Source: Bacteroidales bacterium UBA1184
GTDB lineage: Bacteria > Bacteroidota > Bacteroidia > Bacteroidales > ML635J-15
NCBI GenBank assembly: GCA_002310235.1
Contig: DBYO01000024.1
Location: 25,246-89,245, forward strand
DNA: 64,000 nucleotides
Reading direction: 5' to 3'
Shown: positions 38,213 to 46,505 of the stretch, in pieces
Numbering within the stretch: the stretch's first letter is position 1
Layout: every line of letters begins with the position of its first letter
Made by a program: the position numbers and the translations under genes
Notes under the pieces: generated by a model
Told to the model about the DNA's origin: nothing
Database searches by the model: none
What the model saw: only the letters and a program-made list of their open reading frames with translations

Positions 38213-38691
38213 TACATCTTTTCCATGGTTCGAACATTCCGATAGAAGTCATCGACTTTTCTTTTTGCCATAAAGGGAAAGACTTTGGTCGTGGTTTTTA
38301 TCTAAGTGACAACCTAGAACAGGCAGAAAAGATGGCTAAGCTTGTTACATACAGAGAGGAATTTGGAGAACCTACTGTCAGTTCTTTCATGTTCGACGAA
38401 TCTTGCATGACTAATGGTATATTATCGGTAAAGCGTTTCGATTCATATAGCGCAGAGTGGGCAAACTTTATCATTCAAAACCGAACACACAAGCAAGATA
38501 CGAACATTCATTCCTACGATATTATATATGGTCCAATCGCTAATGATACTGTTGGCGTACAAATTCGCAGGTTCATGCAACAATATATAGATGTTGAGAG
38601 GCTAATCGAAGAATTAAAATACATACATCCTACTTTCCAGTACTATTTTGGAACCGAAACAGCATTGCAATACCTAAAGAAAATAAAATGA
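38209..38691 (+). CDS. DUF3990-like protein (possible ART-fold enzyme)
   Basis: 160 aa. LFHGS ... GRGFYLS ... YDIIYGPIANDTVG ... QYYFGTETAL matches my recollection of DUF3990. ATGA overlaps on both sides. Confidence 0.6.
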   Translation: MIHLFHGSNIPIEVIDFSFCHKGKDFGRGFYLSDNLEQAEKMAKLVTYREEFGEPTVSSFMFDESCMTNGILSVKRFDSYSAEWANFIIQNRTHKQDTNIHSYDIIYGPIANDTVGVQIRRFMQQYIDVERLIEELKYIHPTFQYYFGTETALQYLKKIK

Positions 38692-38933
38692 CTGTAGAGG
38701 AAAAACATAAGAACGATGTACAATTCCTGATAGAATGTCTCTCGCAGGACTTAGTTGTCATGATTATGGAAGATTTAGGCGTTGAACTGAGGCAGGCGTT
38801 TGACATATTGTACAATTCTCATACTTATAGAAAGTTGGAAAACGAATCCACGGGACTATGCTATCAGAGCAGCGTATATGTATTCGATTATCTGATGAAC
38901 GAACTAAAATCACAGCAGAGAGGAATAATGTAA
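38688..38933 (+). CDS. Second DUF3791-like small protein
   Basis: 81 aa helical protein (FLIECLSQDL...AFDILYNSHTYRKLENESTGL) in the position usually held by a second DUF3791 gene. Confidence 0.5.
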   Translation: MTVEEKHKNDVQFLIECLSQDLVVMIMEDLGVELRQAFDILYNSHTYRKLENESTGLCYQSSVYVFDYLMNELKSQQRGIM

Positions 38934-38955
38934 AACCAAATAAAAACTTAATAAT

Positions 38956-39390
38956 ATGAAAAGGACATTTTTAGCACTTATGTGCATTGCAAGTATAGCC
39001 TTAATGACTGCTTGCGGTAACAACAAGGAACAAAACACCGACAAAACCAGCGAATCCGCTGCCGAATCTGTAGAACAAGCAAAAGGTTCTGCTCCAGAAT
39101 CTGTTACAAGGACAAAATGGTTTTCTGAATCAGAAAACAGTACATATCGTTTGACTATCAGCGTCGAGGATAATGCAAATCTTTTCTTCACGAAGTATGA
39201 CGATGATGGCAATCTGCAGGATAGCGGCAATTTGTTTGGTGATGTCACATATAGCAACGGTGAAGGCAGTATTCCTCTTGGCGAAAATGGAAATGTTGTT
39301 GACAAGGCTACATTTACTGTCAGCGACAAGGAGATGAAGTTTACTTTTAAGGGTGAGACTGTAACAATGAAGCAAAAATCAATAGATTAA
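38956..39390 (+). CDS. Hypothetical lipoprotein
   Basis: MKRTFLALMCIASIALMTACGNNK lipobox. No recognisable motif. Confidence 0.6.
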   Translation: MKRTFLALMCIASIALMTACGNNKEQNTDKTSESAAESVEQAKGSAPESVTRTKWFSESENSTYRLTISVEDNANLFFTKYDDDGNLQDSGNLFGDVTYSNGEGSIPLGENGNVVDKATFTVSDKEMKFTFKGETVTMKQKSID

Positions 39391-39404
39391 CACAATACGT
39401 TCAG

Positions 39405-40067
39405 ATGATTATGAAAAAAAATGTTTTAATACAGATTCTTGTTTTATTGGCATTAGTATTCGCCAATGCAGGGTTCGCACAGACATATATGCCCGAAAAG
39501 GTCGGCACAAAAATCACCTACGTTGACAAGGACGCAAAGGGCAAGATAATACAGGCCTTCAGGTACGAGATAACCGACGTACAGAAGGACGAAGGCAAGA
39601 CCACAATACTTTTCGACATTGTTTGGCTGAAGGACAACTTCAAGGAGACTGGCGAAGTGTATAAGGGCAAGGTTTGGAGTGCCGACGGCTATTTCCACAC
39701 CGACGTACGCTATGCTCTCGGTTCGCTGGCTTCGATGGTAAATATCGACTCGATAAAGGGTCACACCATTATCCTTCCAGAACATCCGTCGAATGGCGAA
39801 AAGCTCGACGACTGCCACATTACTGGTCCCGGCATAGGCATTAACAATACCAACATTGCCGTTACCACCGGACAGAGCGTAACAACCAACGCCGGCACAT
39901 TCGACTGCATCCGCGTTGATTCGGAAGACAGCGCACAGATACTTTTCGTAAAGGTAAACGTAAGCTCAAAGCAGTGGTGGAAACTTGGCGTAGGCGCCAT
40001 AAAGTACGAATCGTACAACAAGAAAGGCAAGATGACGCTCAACAGGGAACTGTACTCTATAGAGTAG
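39405..40067 (+). CDS. Hypothetical secreted protein
   Basis: Signal peptide (MKKNVLIQILVLLALVFANAGFAQ) and beta-rich composition. An alternative ATG lies at 39411. Confidence 0.6.
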   Translation: MIMKKNVLIQILVLLALVFANAGFAQTYMPEKVGTKITYVDKDAKGKIIQAFRYEITDVQKDEGKTTILFDIVWLKDNFKETGEVYKGKVWSADGYFHTDVRYALGSLASMVNIDSIKGHTIILPEHPSNGEKLDDCHITGPGIGINNTNIAVTTGQSVTTNAGTFDCIRVDSEDSAQILFVKVNVSSKQWWKLGVGAIKYESYNKKGKMTLNRELYSIE

Positions 40068-40125
40068 TTGAGAGTTGAGAGTTGAAAGTTGAGAGTTGAA
40101 AGTTGAGAGTTGAAAGTTGAAAGTC
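40066..40125. repeat. 7-nt periodic array (AGTTGAG/AGTTGAA) starting at the stop codon of 39405..40067
   Basis: tagttgagagttgagagttgaaagttgagagttgaaagttgagagttgaaagttgaaagt. Confidence 0.9.
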
Positions 40126-40219
40126 GCAGTCAGTAACAAAAAAATTTGCAGCATTGCAGAATATTCATTTTATTTGCAAAAAATAATTTATTCATAATTT
40201 AAATAAAGGAGATAAACTC

Positions 40220-40630
40220 ATGGCAGAAGAACTCGAAAACAAGCCTGCAGAAAACAATGCAGCACAAGCAGAGGTTACACCAGAAGATGTACAGAACAAC
40301 AAGGCATTTGCAATTCTTGCATATTTCTGGCTATTAGTATTGGTTCCAATATTCGCAGCTAAAGAATCGAAATTTGCTCGTTTCCATGCAAACCAGGGTC
40401 TCGTACTTTGTATAGTTGAAACAGCATGGTGGTTGATCAACTTCATCATAACCGCAATATTGATTCACACTTTGTCGTGGAGTACTTTGTGGTTATTGTC
40501 GTTGTGGGGTGTAATATACTGGTTGGTTAGCGTTGGTATTTTCGTATTCGCTATCATCGGTATTGTAAACGCAGCACAGGGAAGCGTAAAACCGTTACCA
40601 ATTTTTGGCAAATACAAAATCTTGAAGTAA
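40220..40630 (+). CDS. DUF4870-like small membrane protein
   Basis: AAGGAG precedes the ATG. FAILAYFWLLVLVPIFAAKESKFARFHANQGL motif and three further helices. Hairpin terminator downstream. Confidence 0.65.
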   Translation: MAEELENKPAENNAAQAEVTPEDVQNNKAFAILAYFWLLVLVPIFAAKESKFARFHANQGLVLCIVETAWWLINFIITAILIHTLSWSTLWLLSLWGVIYWLVSVGIFVFAIIGIVNAAQGSVKPLPIFGKYKILK

Positions 40631-40652
40631 GCGGATCTTAATTTTAAATACG

Positions 40653-40680
40653 ACGGCTCTCAATAGGGAGCCGTTTTTGT
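40653..40680 (+). terminator. Rho-independent terminator after the DUF4870-like gene
   Basis: ACGGCTC pairs with GAGCCGT and is followed by TTTTT. Confidence 0.7.
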
Positions 40681-40723
40681 AAAAATTTCTCGTAAAACCT
40701 ATTCACAAGTCAGTTTATTTTTT

Positions 40724-40731
40724 TAGATTTG
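40724..40731 (+). promoter_or_regulatory. -7 box upstream of pruA
   Basis: TAGATTTG lies 34 nt before ATG 40765. Confidence 0.4.
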
Positions 40732-40764
40732 CGAAACAAAAAAATAACTTAAACAAAAAATATT

Positions 40765-42405
40765 ATGAATAACGCATTATTCTCATTCAGAGAACCTAAG
40801 AACGAACCGGGATTCTCATACGCACCCGGAACTCCAGAAAGACAGCTATTGAAAGAAGAACTCGAACGTCAGTTCAACCAGTGCATCGAAATTCCTTGCA
40901 TCATTGGCGGTAAGGAAGTTAAGACCGGTGACATGGGCAAGGTTGTTATGCCTACAAACCACAAGCATGTGCTTGCAAAGTACCACAAGGTTGGCAAGAA
41001 GGAAGTACAGATGGCTATCGATGCTGCATTGGCAGCTAAGAAGCAGTGGGAAGACACTCCATGGATCGAACGCGCTTCCATTATGATGCGAATCGGCGAA
41101 CTCCTTTCAAAGAAGTACAGATATGTAATCAACGCAGCTACAATGCTCGGACAGGGCAAGAACCCGATGCAGGCTGAAATCGACAGCGCACAGGAAACTA
41201 TCGACTTCCTCCGCTTCAACTCATACTTCGCATCGAAGATTTACGCTCAGCAGCCAATATCCGACAATTCGGTGCTCAACCGCAACGAATACCGCGCAAT
41301 GGAAGGATTTGTTTACGCAATCACTCCTTTCAACTTCACATCAATCGCTTGCAACCTCAACATTTCGCCAGTATTGATGGGTAATGTTACTATTTGGAAG
41401 CCGGCAACAACCGCTATCCTCTCCAACTACTACCTGATGAAGATTTTCCAGGAAGCAGGTTTGCCAGACGGCGTTATCAACTTCCTCCCAGGCAAGGGCT
41501 CGGTTATCAGCAGCGTAGCTTTCACTTCTCCACACCTTGCTGGTATCCACTTCACCGGAAGCACATCTACTTTCAAGGCATTCTGGAAGCAGATCGGCGA
41601 CAACATCGACAAGTACAACACTTATCCTAAGATTGTCGGCGAAACTGGCGGTAAGGACTTCATCTTTGCACACAAGTCGGCTGACCCACGCGAACTCGCA
41701 GTTGCAATCGTTCGTGGTGCTTTCGAATTCCAGGGACAGAAGTGCTCGGCAGCTTCACGCGCATACATTCCAAAGTCGTTGTGGAACGAAACCTTGAAGA
41801 ATGTTAAGGAAATGATGAAGACCGTAAAGGTCGGTGATGTATTCGACTTCACAAACTTCGTAAACGCAGTTATCGACGAAGAATCGTTCGACAAGATTGC
41901 CGGCTACATCGACAGAGCAAAGAAGTCGCGCAAGGCTAAAATCGCTCTCGGTGGAACATACGACAAGAAGGTCGGTTACTTCATCGACCCGACCATCATC
42001 GTTACTACCGACCCGCACTACGAGGCTATCCAGGAAGAAATGTTCGGTCCGGTAATCACAGTTTTCGTTTACGACGACGACAAATATACCGAAACCCTTC
42101 ACCTCTGCGACGAAACTTCGCCATACGCACTTACAGGTTCAATCTTTGCAAAGTGCCGTTATGCAATCATCGAAGCAGAAAATGTACTTCGCCATGCAGC
42201 AGGTAACTTCTACATCAACGACAAGCCGACTGGAGCAGTTGTAGGCAACCAGCCATTCGGCGGTGCTAGAGCTTCGGGAACCAACGACAAGGCAGGTAGC
42301 GAACTCAACCTTTACAGGTGGATTAGCACTCGCTCGATTAAGGAAACTTTCTGCCCACCGACAGAATACGGTTATCCTTTCCTTGGCGCAGACAAAAAGA
42401 AATAA
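40765..42405 (+). CDS. pruA: L-glutamate gamma-semialdehyde (1-pyrroline-5-carboxylate) dehydrogenase
   Basis: ALDH superfamily (ETGGKDF, FEFQGQKCSA catalytic Cys, GARASGTNDKAGS). The ~540-aa PruA-type length and termini match. Confidence 0.9.
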   Translation: MNNALFSFREPKNEPGFSYAPGTPERQLLKEELERQFNQCIEIPCIIGGKEVKTGDMGKVVMPTNHKHVLAKYHKVGKKEVQMAIDAALAAKKQWEDTPWIERASIMMRIGELLSKKYRYVINAATMLGQGKNPMQAEIDSAQETIDFLRFNSYFASKIYAQQPISDNSVLNRNEYRAMEGFVYAITPFNFTSIACNLNISPVLMGNVTIWKPATTAILSNYYLMKIFQEAGLPDGVINFLPGKGSVISSVAFTSPHLAGIHFTGSTSTFKAFWKQIGDNIDKYNTYPKIVGETGGKDFIFAHKSADPRELAVAIVRGAFEFQGQKCSAASRAYIPKSLWNETLKNVKEMMKTVKVGDVFDFTNFVNAVIDEESFDKIAGYIDRAKKSRKAKIALGGTYDKKVGYFIDPTIIVTTDPHYEAIQEEMFGPVITVFVYDDDKYTETLHLCDETSPYALTGSIFAKCRYAIIEAENVLRHAAGNFYINDKPTGAVVGNQPFGGARASGTNDKAGSELNLYRWISTRSIKETFCPPTEYGYPFLGADKKK

Positions 42406-42425
42406 TAAGTATTAATTCAAACTAT

Positions 42426-42456
42426 GGGCGGAGACAAAAAACTCCGCCTTTTTTTT
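42426..42456 (+). terminator. Rho-independent terminator after pruA
   Basis: GGGCGGAG pairs with CTCCGCC and is followed by eight T. Confidence 0.8.
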
Positions 42457-42486
42457 GGCATAGCATTTGAATAACAAATATTTTGT

Positions 42487-42494
42487 TACTTTTG
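42487..42494 (+). promoter_or_regulatory. -7 box (with TTTG at 42466-42469 as a possible -33) upstream of the CW-repeat protein gene
   Basis: TACTTTTG lies 29 nt before ATG 42523. A TTTG lies 17 nt upstream of the box. Confidence 0.45.
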
Positions 42495-42522
42495 TATTAA
42501 TAATTTTAAAAACGTATAAAAT

Positions 42523-43212
42523 ATGAGAAACGTACTATCGATTTCATTCTTTATGATTTTCACACTTGCAGCATGCTGCGTATATGCGCAGAAACCAAGA
42601 ACACAAACCTTACAAAATAACTCCAATAGGAGGACTAATACTACTTCCGCAACAAATCTTAACCTTACAAATACAAAACCTTCATGCTGGGAGATTAGAA
42701 ACAAGGAAAGTGGTGACAGAGAATATCGTTGGGACACAGAAGCCAATGTAATACGTTGGATTGATGGAATGAGAACCCAGCACAACGAAACATACCAGTA
42801 TTCAGCTAGCGTAAATACTGATGTTAATTCTTGCGATGCCTGCAACGAAAAATTTCAACCGAAGAAATGCTGGAAGATAACCGCCACCAAGAACGGACAA
42901 GGATTAGAACAGTACATGTGGGCAACCGAAAACGTAGCTCGCCGTAAAATTACAAACTTGCAAGCCGACGGCTACCAGCAGGCAAAATATGTTGAAACTC
43001 CCGCCAATGATGAAAAATCGTGCCAGGCTCCTCCAGCAAATACAACCACCAACGAAATTGCATGCTGGAAAATTACTATTGGAATCACTGTCACATATAG
43101 ATGGTGCTACGAACGAGACGCTCAGTCAATCGTAAATAACGCTATAAATTCGGGACAATCCGCCTCGTACGAGCTTTCGCCAAACAAGACTAAAGATAAT
43201 TGCTACGAATAA
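42523..43212 (+). CDS. Hypothetical secreted Cys-rich protein with three internal CW(K/E)I repeats
   Basis: Signal peptide. CWEIRNKESGDREYRWDTE, CWKITATKNGQGLEQYMWATE and CWKITIGITVTYRWCYE recur at roughly 55-60-aa spacing. Confidence 0.6.
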   Translation: MRNVLSISFFMIFTLAACCVYAQKPRTQTLQNNSNRRTNTTSATNLNLTNTKPSCWEIRNKESGDREYRWDTEANVIRWIDGMRTQHNETYQYSASVNTDVNSCDACNEKFQPKKCWKITATKNGQGLEQYMWATENVARRKITNLQADGYQQAKYVETPANDEKSCQAPPANTTTNEIACWKITIGITVTYRWCYERDAQSIVNNAINSGQSASYELSPNKTKDNCYE

Positions 43213-43215
43213 AAC

Positions 43216-43242
43216 AAAAAAGTGGCATTCGCCACTTTTTTT
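43216..43242. terminator. Bidirectional hairpin terminator between convergent genes
   Basis: AAAAA-AGTGGC-attc-GCCACT-TTTTTT. The A-run and T-run flanks allow use on both strands. Confidence 0.7.
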
Positions 43243-43280
43243 GTTTTAATACATTTGCACAAAGCATTACACAACTGCCA

Positions 43281-43322
43281 ACTGTTAACTTTCAACTTTA
43301 AACTTTCAACTCTCAACTCAAA
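43281..43322. repeat. 7-nt periodic array (CTTTCAA family) between convergent genes
   Basis: actgttaactttcaactttaaactttcaactctcaactcaaa. Confidence 0.8.
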
Positions 43323-43326
43323 TACC

Positions 43327-44679
43327 TCACCATGCCCAAACCAACAATCCTCCACAGATTATAATTCCACTCACAACCAAGTCTATTATGCAAAATCCCA
43401 TAATATCCTTGGCATTGAGTTTTGCTATTGCAAGTGCAGGAATTGCCCAGAAAGGCTGAATTAAGTTTGTCCACGCATCACCCCACGAAATAGCCATGCC
43501 CGTCAGTCCCGGATCGACAGCAAGGTTTGCTCCGGCAGTGAACATAATAGGTGCCTGTATAGCCCAGTGTCCCCCACCCGACGGCACAAACATATTGAGC
43601 ACAGCAGCACATAAGAAAGTAAGCAGCGGATATGTCTGTGGTGTGGAAACCGATATGCAAGCATCACTTATTACAGTTCCGAGACAAATGCCCGATTCTC
43701 CAACTCCAGTGATAATTCCCATTATGCCGGCATAGAACGGAAACTGCAACAATATGCCTGCAGCCCCAGTTGCCGACTTAGTAAAAGCATGCACGTATGC
43801 AAGCGGTGTTTTGTGAAGAATTACACCGAGAAACAAAAACAGCATTATCACCGAGTTTAGATCAAGCGAACCTCCACGGAAAAACAGTTTTATTGTAAGG
43901 TAAGTCAATCCCAACAATGCTATTATCCAACTCAATATGCGGCTGTTTTCCATCTTCTCGGCAGGAGTGCTGCCTTTTTCATCCTTCACTGGCTCATCTT
44001 CGGCAAGCAGTTCGGGATTTATTGCTACTACTTTGTCGGCTTTAGGATGCATAAGAGCATTTACTGCGACAAGCGCGACTATTATCAAAGCGACAATAAC
44101 AATATTGTAAGGGCTAAGTACCGTGTCTGTTATCGGAATAGGATTTTCCAAGGCACCGCGAGTGACCTCCTTGAGCCCAGAACCCTGTGTAGCCATCGTA
44201 AGCGGAATAGAACCCGACAGACCAGCATGCCACACTACAAAGCCACTGTACGCCGAAGCAATGAGCAGACGATAATCGACTCCAGGCAACTTGCGAGCAA
44301 TCTCCTTGGCGAAAATCACGCCCACGATAAGTCCGAAGCCCCAATTGAGCCAACAAGCAAGCGACGAAATAGCTGTCACCAATGCTATTGCACCCATGGG
44401 CTTCTTTGGCAGCGAAGCCAAACGGCTTATTCCTTTCTTTATTAACGGAGCCGATGCCAGAGTGGAGCCACACACCAACACCAAAGCCATCTGCATTGCA
44501 AAGGCCAGTAGCGACCATACTCCGTTTCCCCAGTTCTCGACCACCTCGAGAGGTGTCTGATGACAAACCGGCATGGCTATCAAAAAAGCAACTACAGTGA
44601 GTATCACTGCAAAGATAAATGGTTCAGGCAGAAGTTTCTGCACCAATTTTACGCAGCCATTTATTATTTTCTGAAACAT
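43327..44679 (-). CDS. atoE: Short-chain fatty acid transporter (AtoE family)
   Basis: Collinear by eye with E. coli AtoE (LPEPFIFA, WGNGVWSLLAFAMQMALVLV, VPSGGGHWAIQAP, QPFWAIPALAIA). Confidence 0.9.
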   Translation of the reverse strand: MFQKIINGCVKLVQKLLPEPFIFAVILTVVAFLIAMPVCHQTPLEVVENWGNGVWSLLAFAMQMALVLVCGSTLASAPLIKKGISRLASLPKKPMGAIALVTAISSLACWLNWGFGLIVGVIFAKEIARKLPGVDYRLLIASAYSGFVVWHAGLSGSIPLTMATQGSGLKEVTRGALENPIPITDTVLSPYNIVIVALIIVALVAVNALMHPKADKVVAINPELLAEDEPVKDEKGSTPAEKMENSRILSWIIALLGLTYLTIKLFFRGGSLDLNSVIMLFLFLGVILHKTPLAYVHAFTKSATGAAGILLQFPFYAGIMGIITGVGESGICLGTVISDACISVSTPQTYPLLTFLCAAVLNMFVPSGGGHWAIQAPIMFTAGANLAVDPGLTGMAISWGDAWTNLIQPFWAIPALAIAKLNAKDIMGFCIIDLVVSGIIICGGLLVWAW

Positions 44680-44695
44680 ATTCTGAAATTTTACG

Positions 44696-44703
44696 CAAAA
44701 ATA
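44696..44703 (-). promoter_or_regulatory. -7 box upstream of the atoE-like gene
   Basis: CAAAAATA on plus equals TATTTTTG on minus, 17 nt before the ATG. Confidence 0.35.
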
Positions 44704-44745
44704 AAAAAATTACGCAAACAGTTTTGTCTGTTTAAAAACAAACTA

Positions 44746-44753
44746 TACCTTTG
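44746..44753 (+). promoter_or_regulatory. -7 box upstream of the NUDIX fusion gene
   Basis: TACCTTTG lies 20 nt before ATG 44773. Confidence 0.4.
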
Positions 44754-44772
44754 AGTAGAATTTACACAAACC

Positions 44773-45675
44773 ATGGAACACGGCTATACATACAAGTACC
44801 CACATCCTGCAGTCACAGCCGACTGCGTGGTTTTCGGATTCAACGGACAAGATCTGAAGATCCTGCTCATCGAACGAGGAAACGATCCATACAAAGGTTG
44901 CTGGGCTTTCCCTGGCGGCTTCATGAACATCGACGAAACAGCAGAACAATGCGCAAAACGCGAGCTTAAGGAGGAAACAGGACTTGACATTGCAAACATC
45001 GAGCAATTCCACACTTTCACCGATGTGAACCGCGACCCACGCGAAAGGGTTATCACAGTGGCATTCTTCGGTTTTGCAAGACTTTCAGCAGTAAAAGGTA
45101 ACGACGATGCGGCTAGCGCACAATGGTTTGCAATAAACGACATTCCACGCCTTGCCTTCGACCACGACAAAATACTTCACATGGCTATGCAAACTCTCAG
45201 AAATAAAGTCATCGCCAAACAACTATCCAACTCTATTGCCAATTTCACAGAAACAGAACAGCAAAAAATTTTAGATATGATACAAGAACAAAAAACAGAA
45301 CGCATTACTCCAGAATATATAAGCTCACTTGACAAAGACGAAATTTTTGTCTTCGGTAGCAATCTTTCAGGACATCATGGCGGAGGTGCAGCAAGAATAG
45401 CACTGGACAAATTTGGTGCAATATGGGGACAAGGCGTCGGCCTGCAAGGACAAAGCTACGGCATCCCGACCATGCAGGGTGGTGTAGATACCATAAAGCC
45501 TTACGTTGATGAATTTATTGAGTTTGCAAAGGTGCATACAGAATATAAATTTCTGGTAACACGCATCGGTTGCGGAATTGCAGGCTTTACCGACCAAGAA
45601 ATCGCTCCACTGTTCAGGAACGCCCAGACACTCGAAAACGTATGGTTACCAAAGAGTTTCATAAAGAACATGTAA
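44773..45675 (+). CDS. NUDIX hydrolase (NrtR/ADP-ribose pyrophosphatase-like) fused to a Gly-rich Rossmann-like C-terminal domain
   Basis: Nudix box GGFMNIDETAEQCAKRELKEETGL with HPAVTADCVVF and LAFDHDKIL flanks. The C-terminal ~110 aa (from ~45340) read IFVFGSNLSGHHGGGAARIALDKFGAIWGQGVGLQGQSYGIPT. Confidence 0.8.
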   Translation: MEHGYTYKYPHPAVTADCVVFGFNGQDLKILLIERGNDPYKGCWAFPGGFMNIDETAEQCAKRELKEETGLDIANIEQFHTFTDVNRDPRERVITVAFFGFARLSAVKGNDDAASAQWFAINDIPRLAFDHDKILHMAMQTLRNKVIAKQLSNSIANFTETEQQKILDMIQEQKTERITPEYISSLDKDEIFVFGSNLSGHHGGGAARIALDKFGAIWGQGVGLQGQSYGIPTMQGGVDTIKPYVDEFIEFAKVHTEYKFLVTRIGCGIAGFTDQEIAPLFRNAQTLENVWLPKSFIKNM

Positions 45676-45783
45676 AATTTCACACATATTCAAAAAATGT
45701 TGTAAACTTGCATTTATTATCCAAAATCGGGAATGGAACGATTTTTGAAAATAGGCGTAGAAACAAAATTGGGAGGAACTGAT

Positions 45784-46437
45784 ATGAAAACAAAAGCAAT
45801 AGCTATCGCATTTGCAATCATAGCATTAACATCGCTACCATTTGCAATGAACGGACAGGAAAACGAAACTTACTTGACCGAGCCCGACACCAACACATCC
45901 ACATACGACTACAAAGACGCCCCAAGAAATGAAATCAGTGCTAGCATTGGCGTTGTATCTGCTTTCGGAGGCGTATTCGACTTCTTCAAGGTTCTCATCG
46001 AAGGTGTAGGCAACGGAATTGCAGGAAATAAAACCGATACAAAATTCATCGGAACATACGGACTCGACTACTACTATCAGGTGAATAAATGGTTCCGTCC
46101 AGGTGCAAAAGTTGTCTATGAAGGCCTTACAACAACCATACGAGACTCAACCAATGCGATAGTCAACCACTACAACACATCCACATTGTCGGTTATGGCA
46201 AGCAGCCAGTTCTCGTACCTCAACAAAAAACACGTCAAGTTGTATTCGGGTATCGACCTTGGCATTGGTACCATATTCGACGACAACAAGAAGGGCTCGG
46301 GAACTACCTCTACATTCTGCGCCTTCAACGTGACTGTCATCGGAATACGTGTCGGAAACGACAATATCTTCGGTCTAGTTGAGACAAATATTGGAATGGA
46401 CGCCCTAATAAAAGCAGGATTCGGAGCCCGATTCTGA
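45784..46437 (+). CDS. Hypothetical outer-membrane beta-barrel-like protein
   Basis: GGAGG lies 9 nt upstream of ATG 45784. Signal peptide MKTKAIAIAFAIIALTSLPFAMNGQ, alternating beta-strand pattern and C-terminal ...GFGARF (terminal Phe). Confidence 0.5.
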   Translation: MKTKAIAIAFAIIALTSLPFAMNGQENETYLTEPDTNTSTYDYKDAPRNEISASIGVVSAFGGVFDFFKVLIEGVGNGIAGNKTDTKFIGTYGLDYYYQVNKWFRPGAKVVYEGLTTTIRDSTNAIVNHYNTSTLSVMASSQFSYLNKKHVKLYSGIDLGIGTIFDDNKKGSGTTSTFCAFNVTVIGIRVGNDNIFGLVETNIGMDALIKAGFGARF

Positions 46438-46451
46438 TGTGCTTTTGATAC

Positions 46452-46486
46452 AAAAAAAGAAAGGCAGCCACAAAAGCTGCCTTTCT
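46452..46486. terminator. Hairpin terminator between the OMP-like gene and lpxA (best U-run on the minus strand)
   Basis: AGAAAGGCAGC (46458-46468) pairs with GCTGCCTTTCT (46476-46486). The A7 tract on the plus side gives a U-run for the lpxA transcript. Confidence 0.65.
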
Positions 46487-46505
46487 TCTCATATAACATA
46501 TAAAA

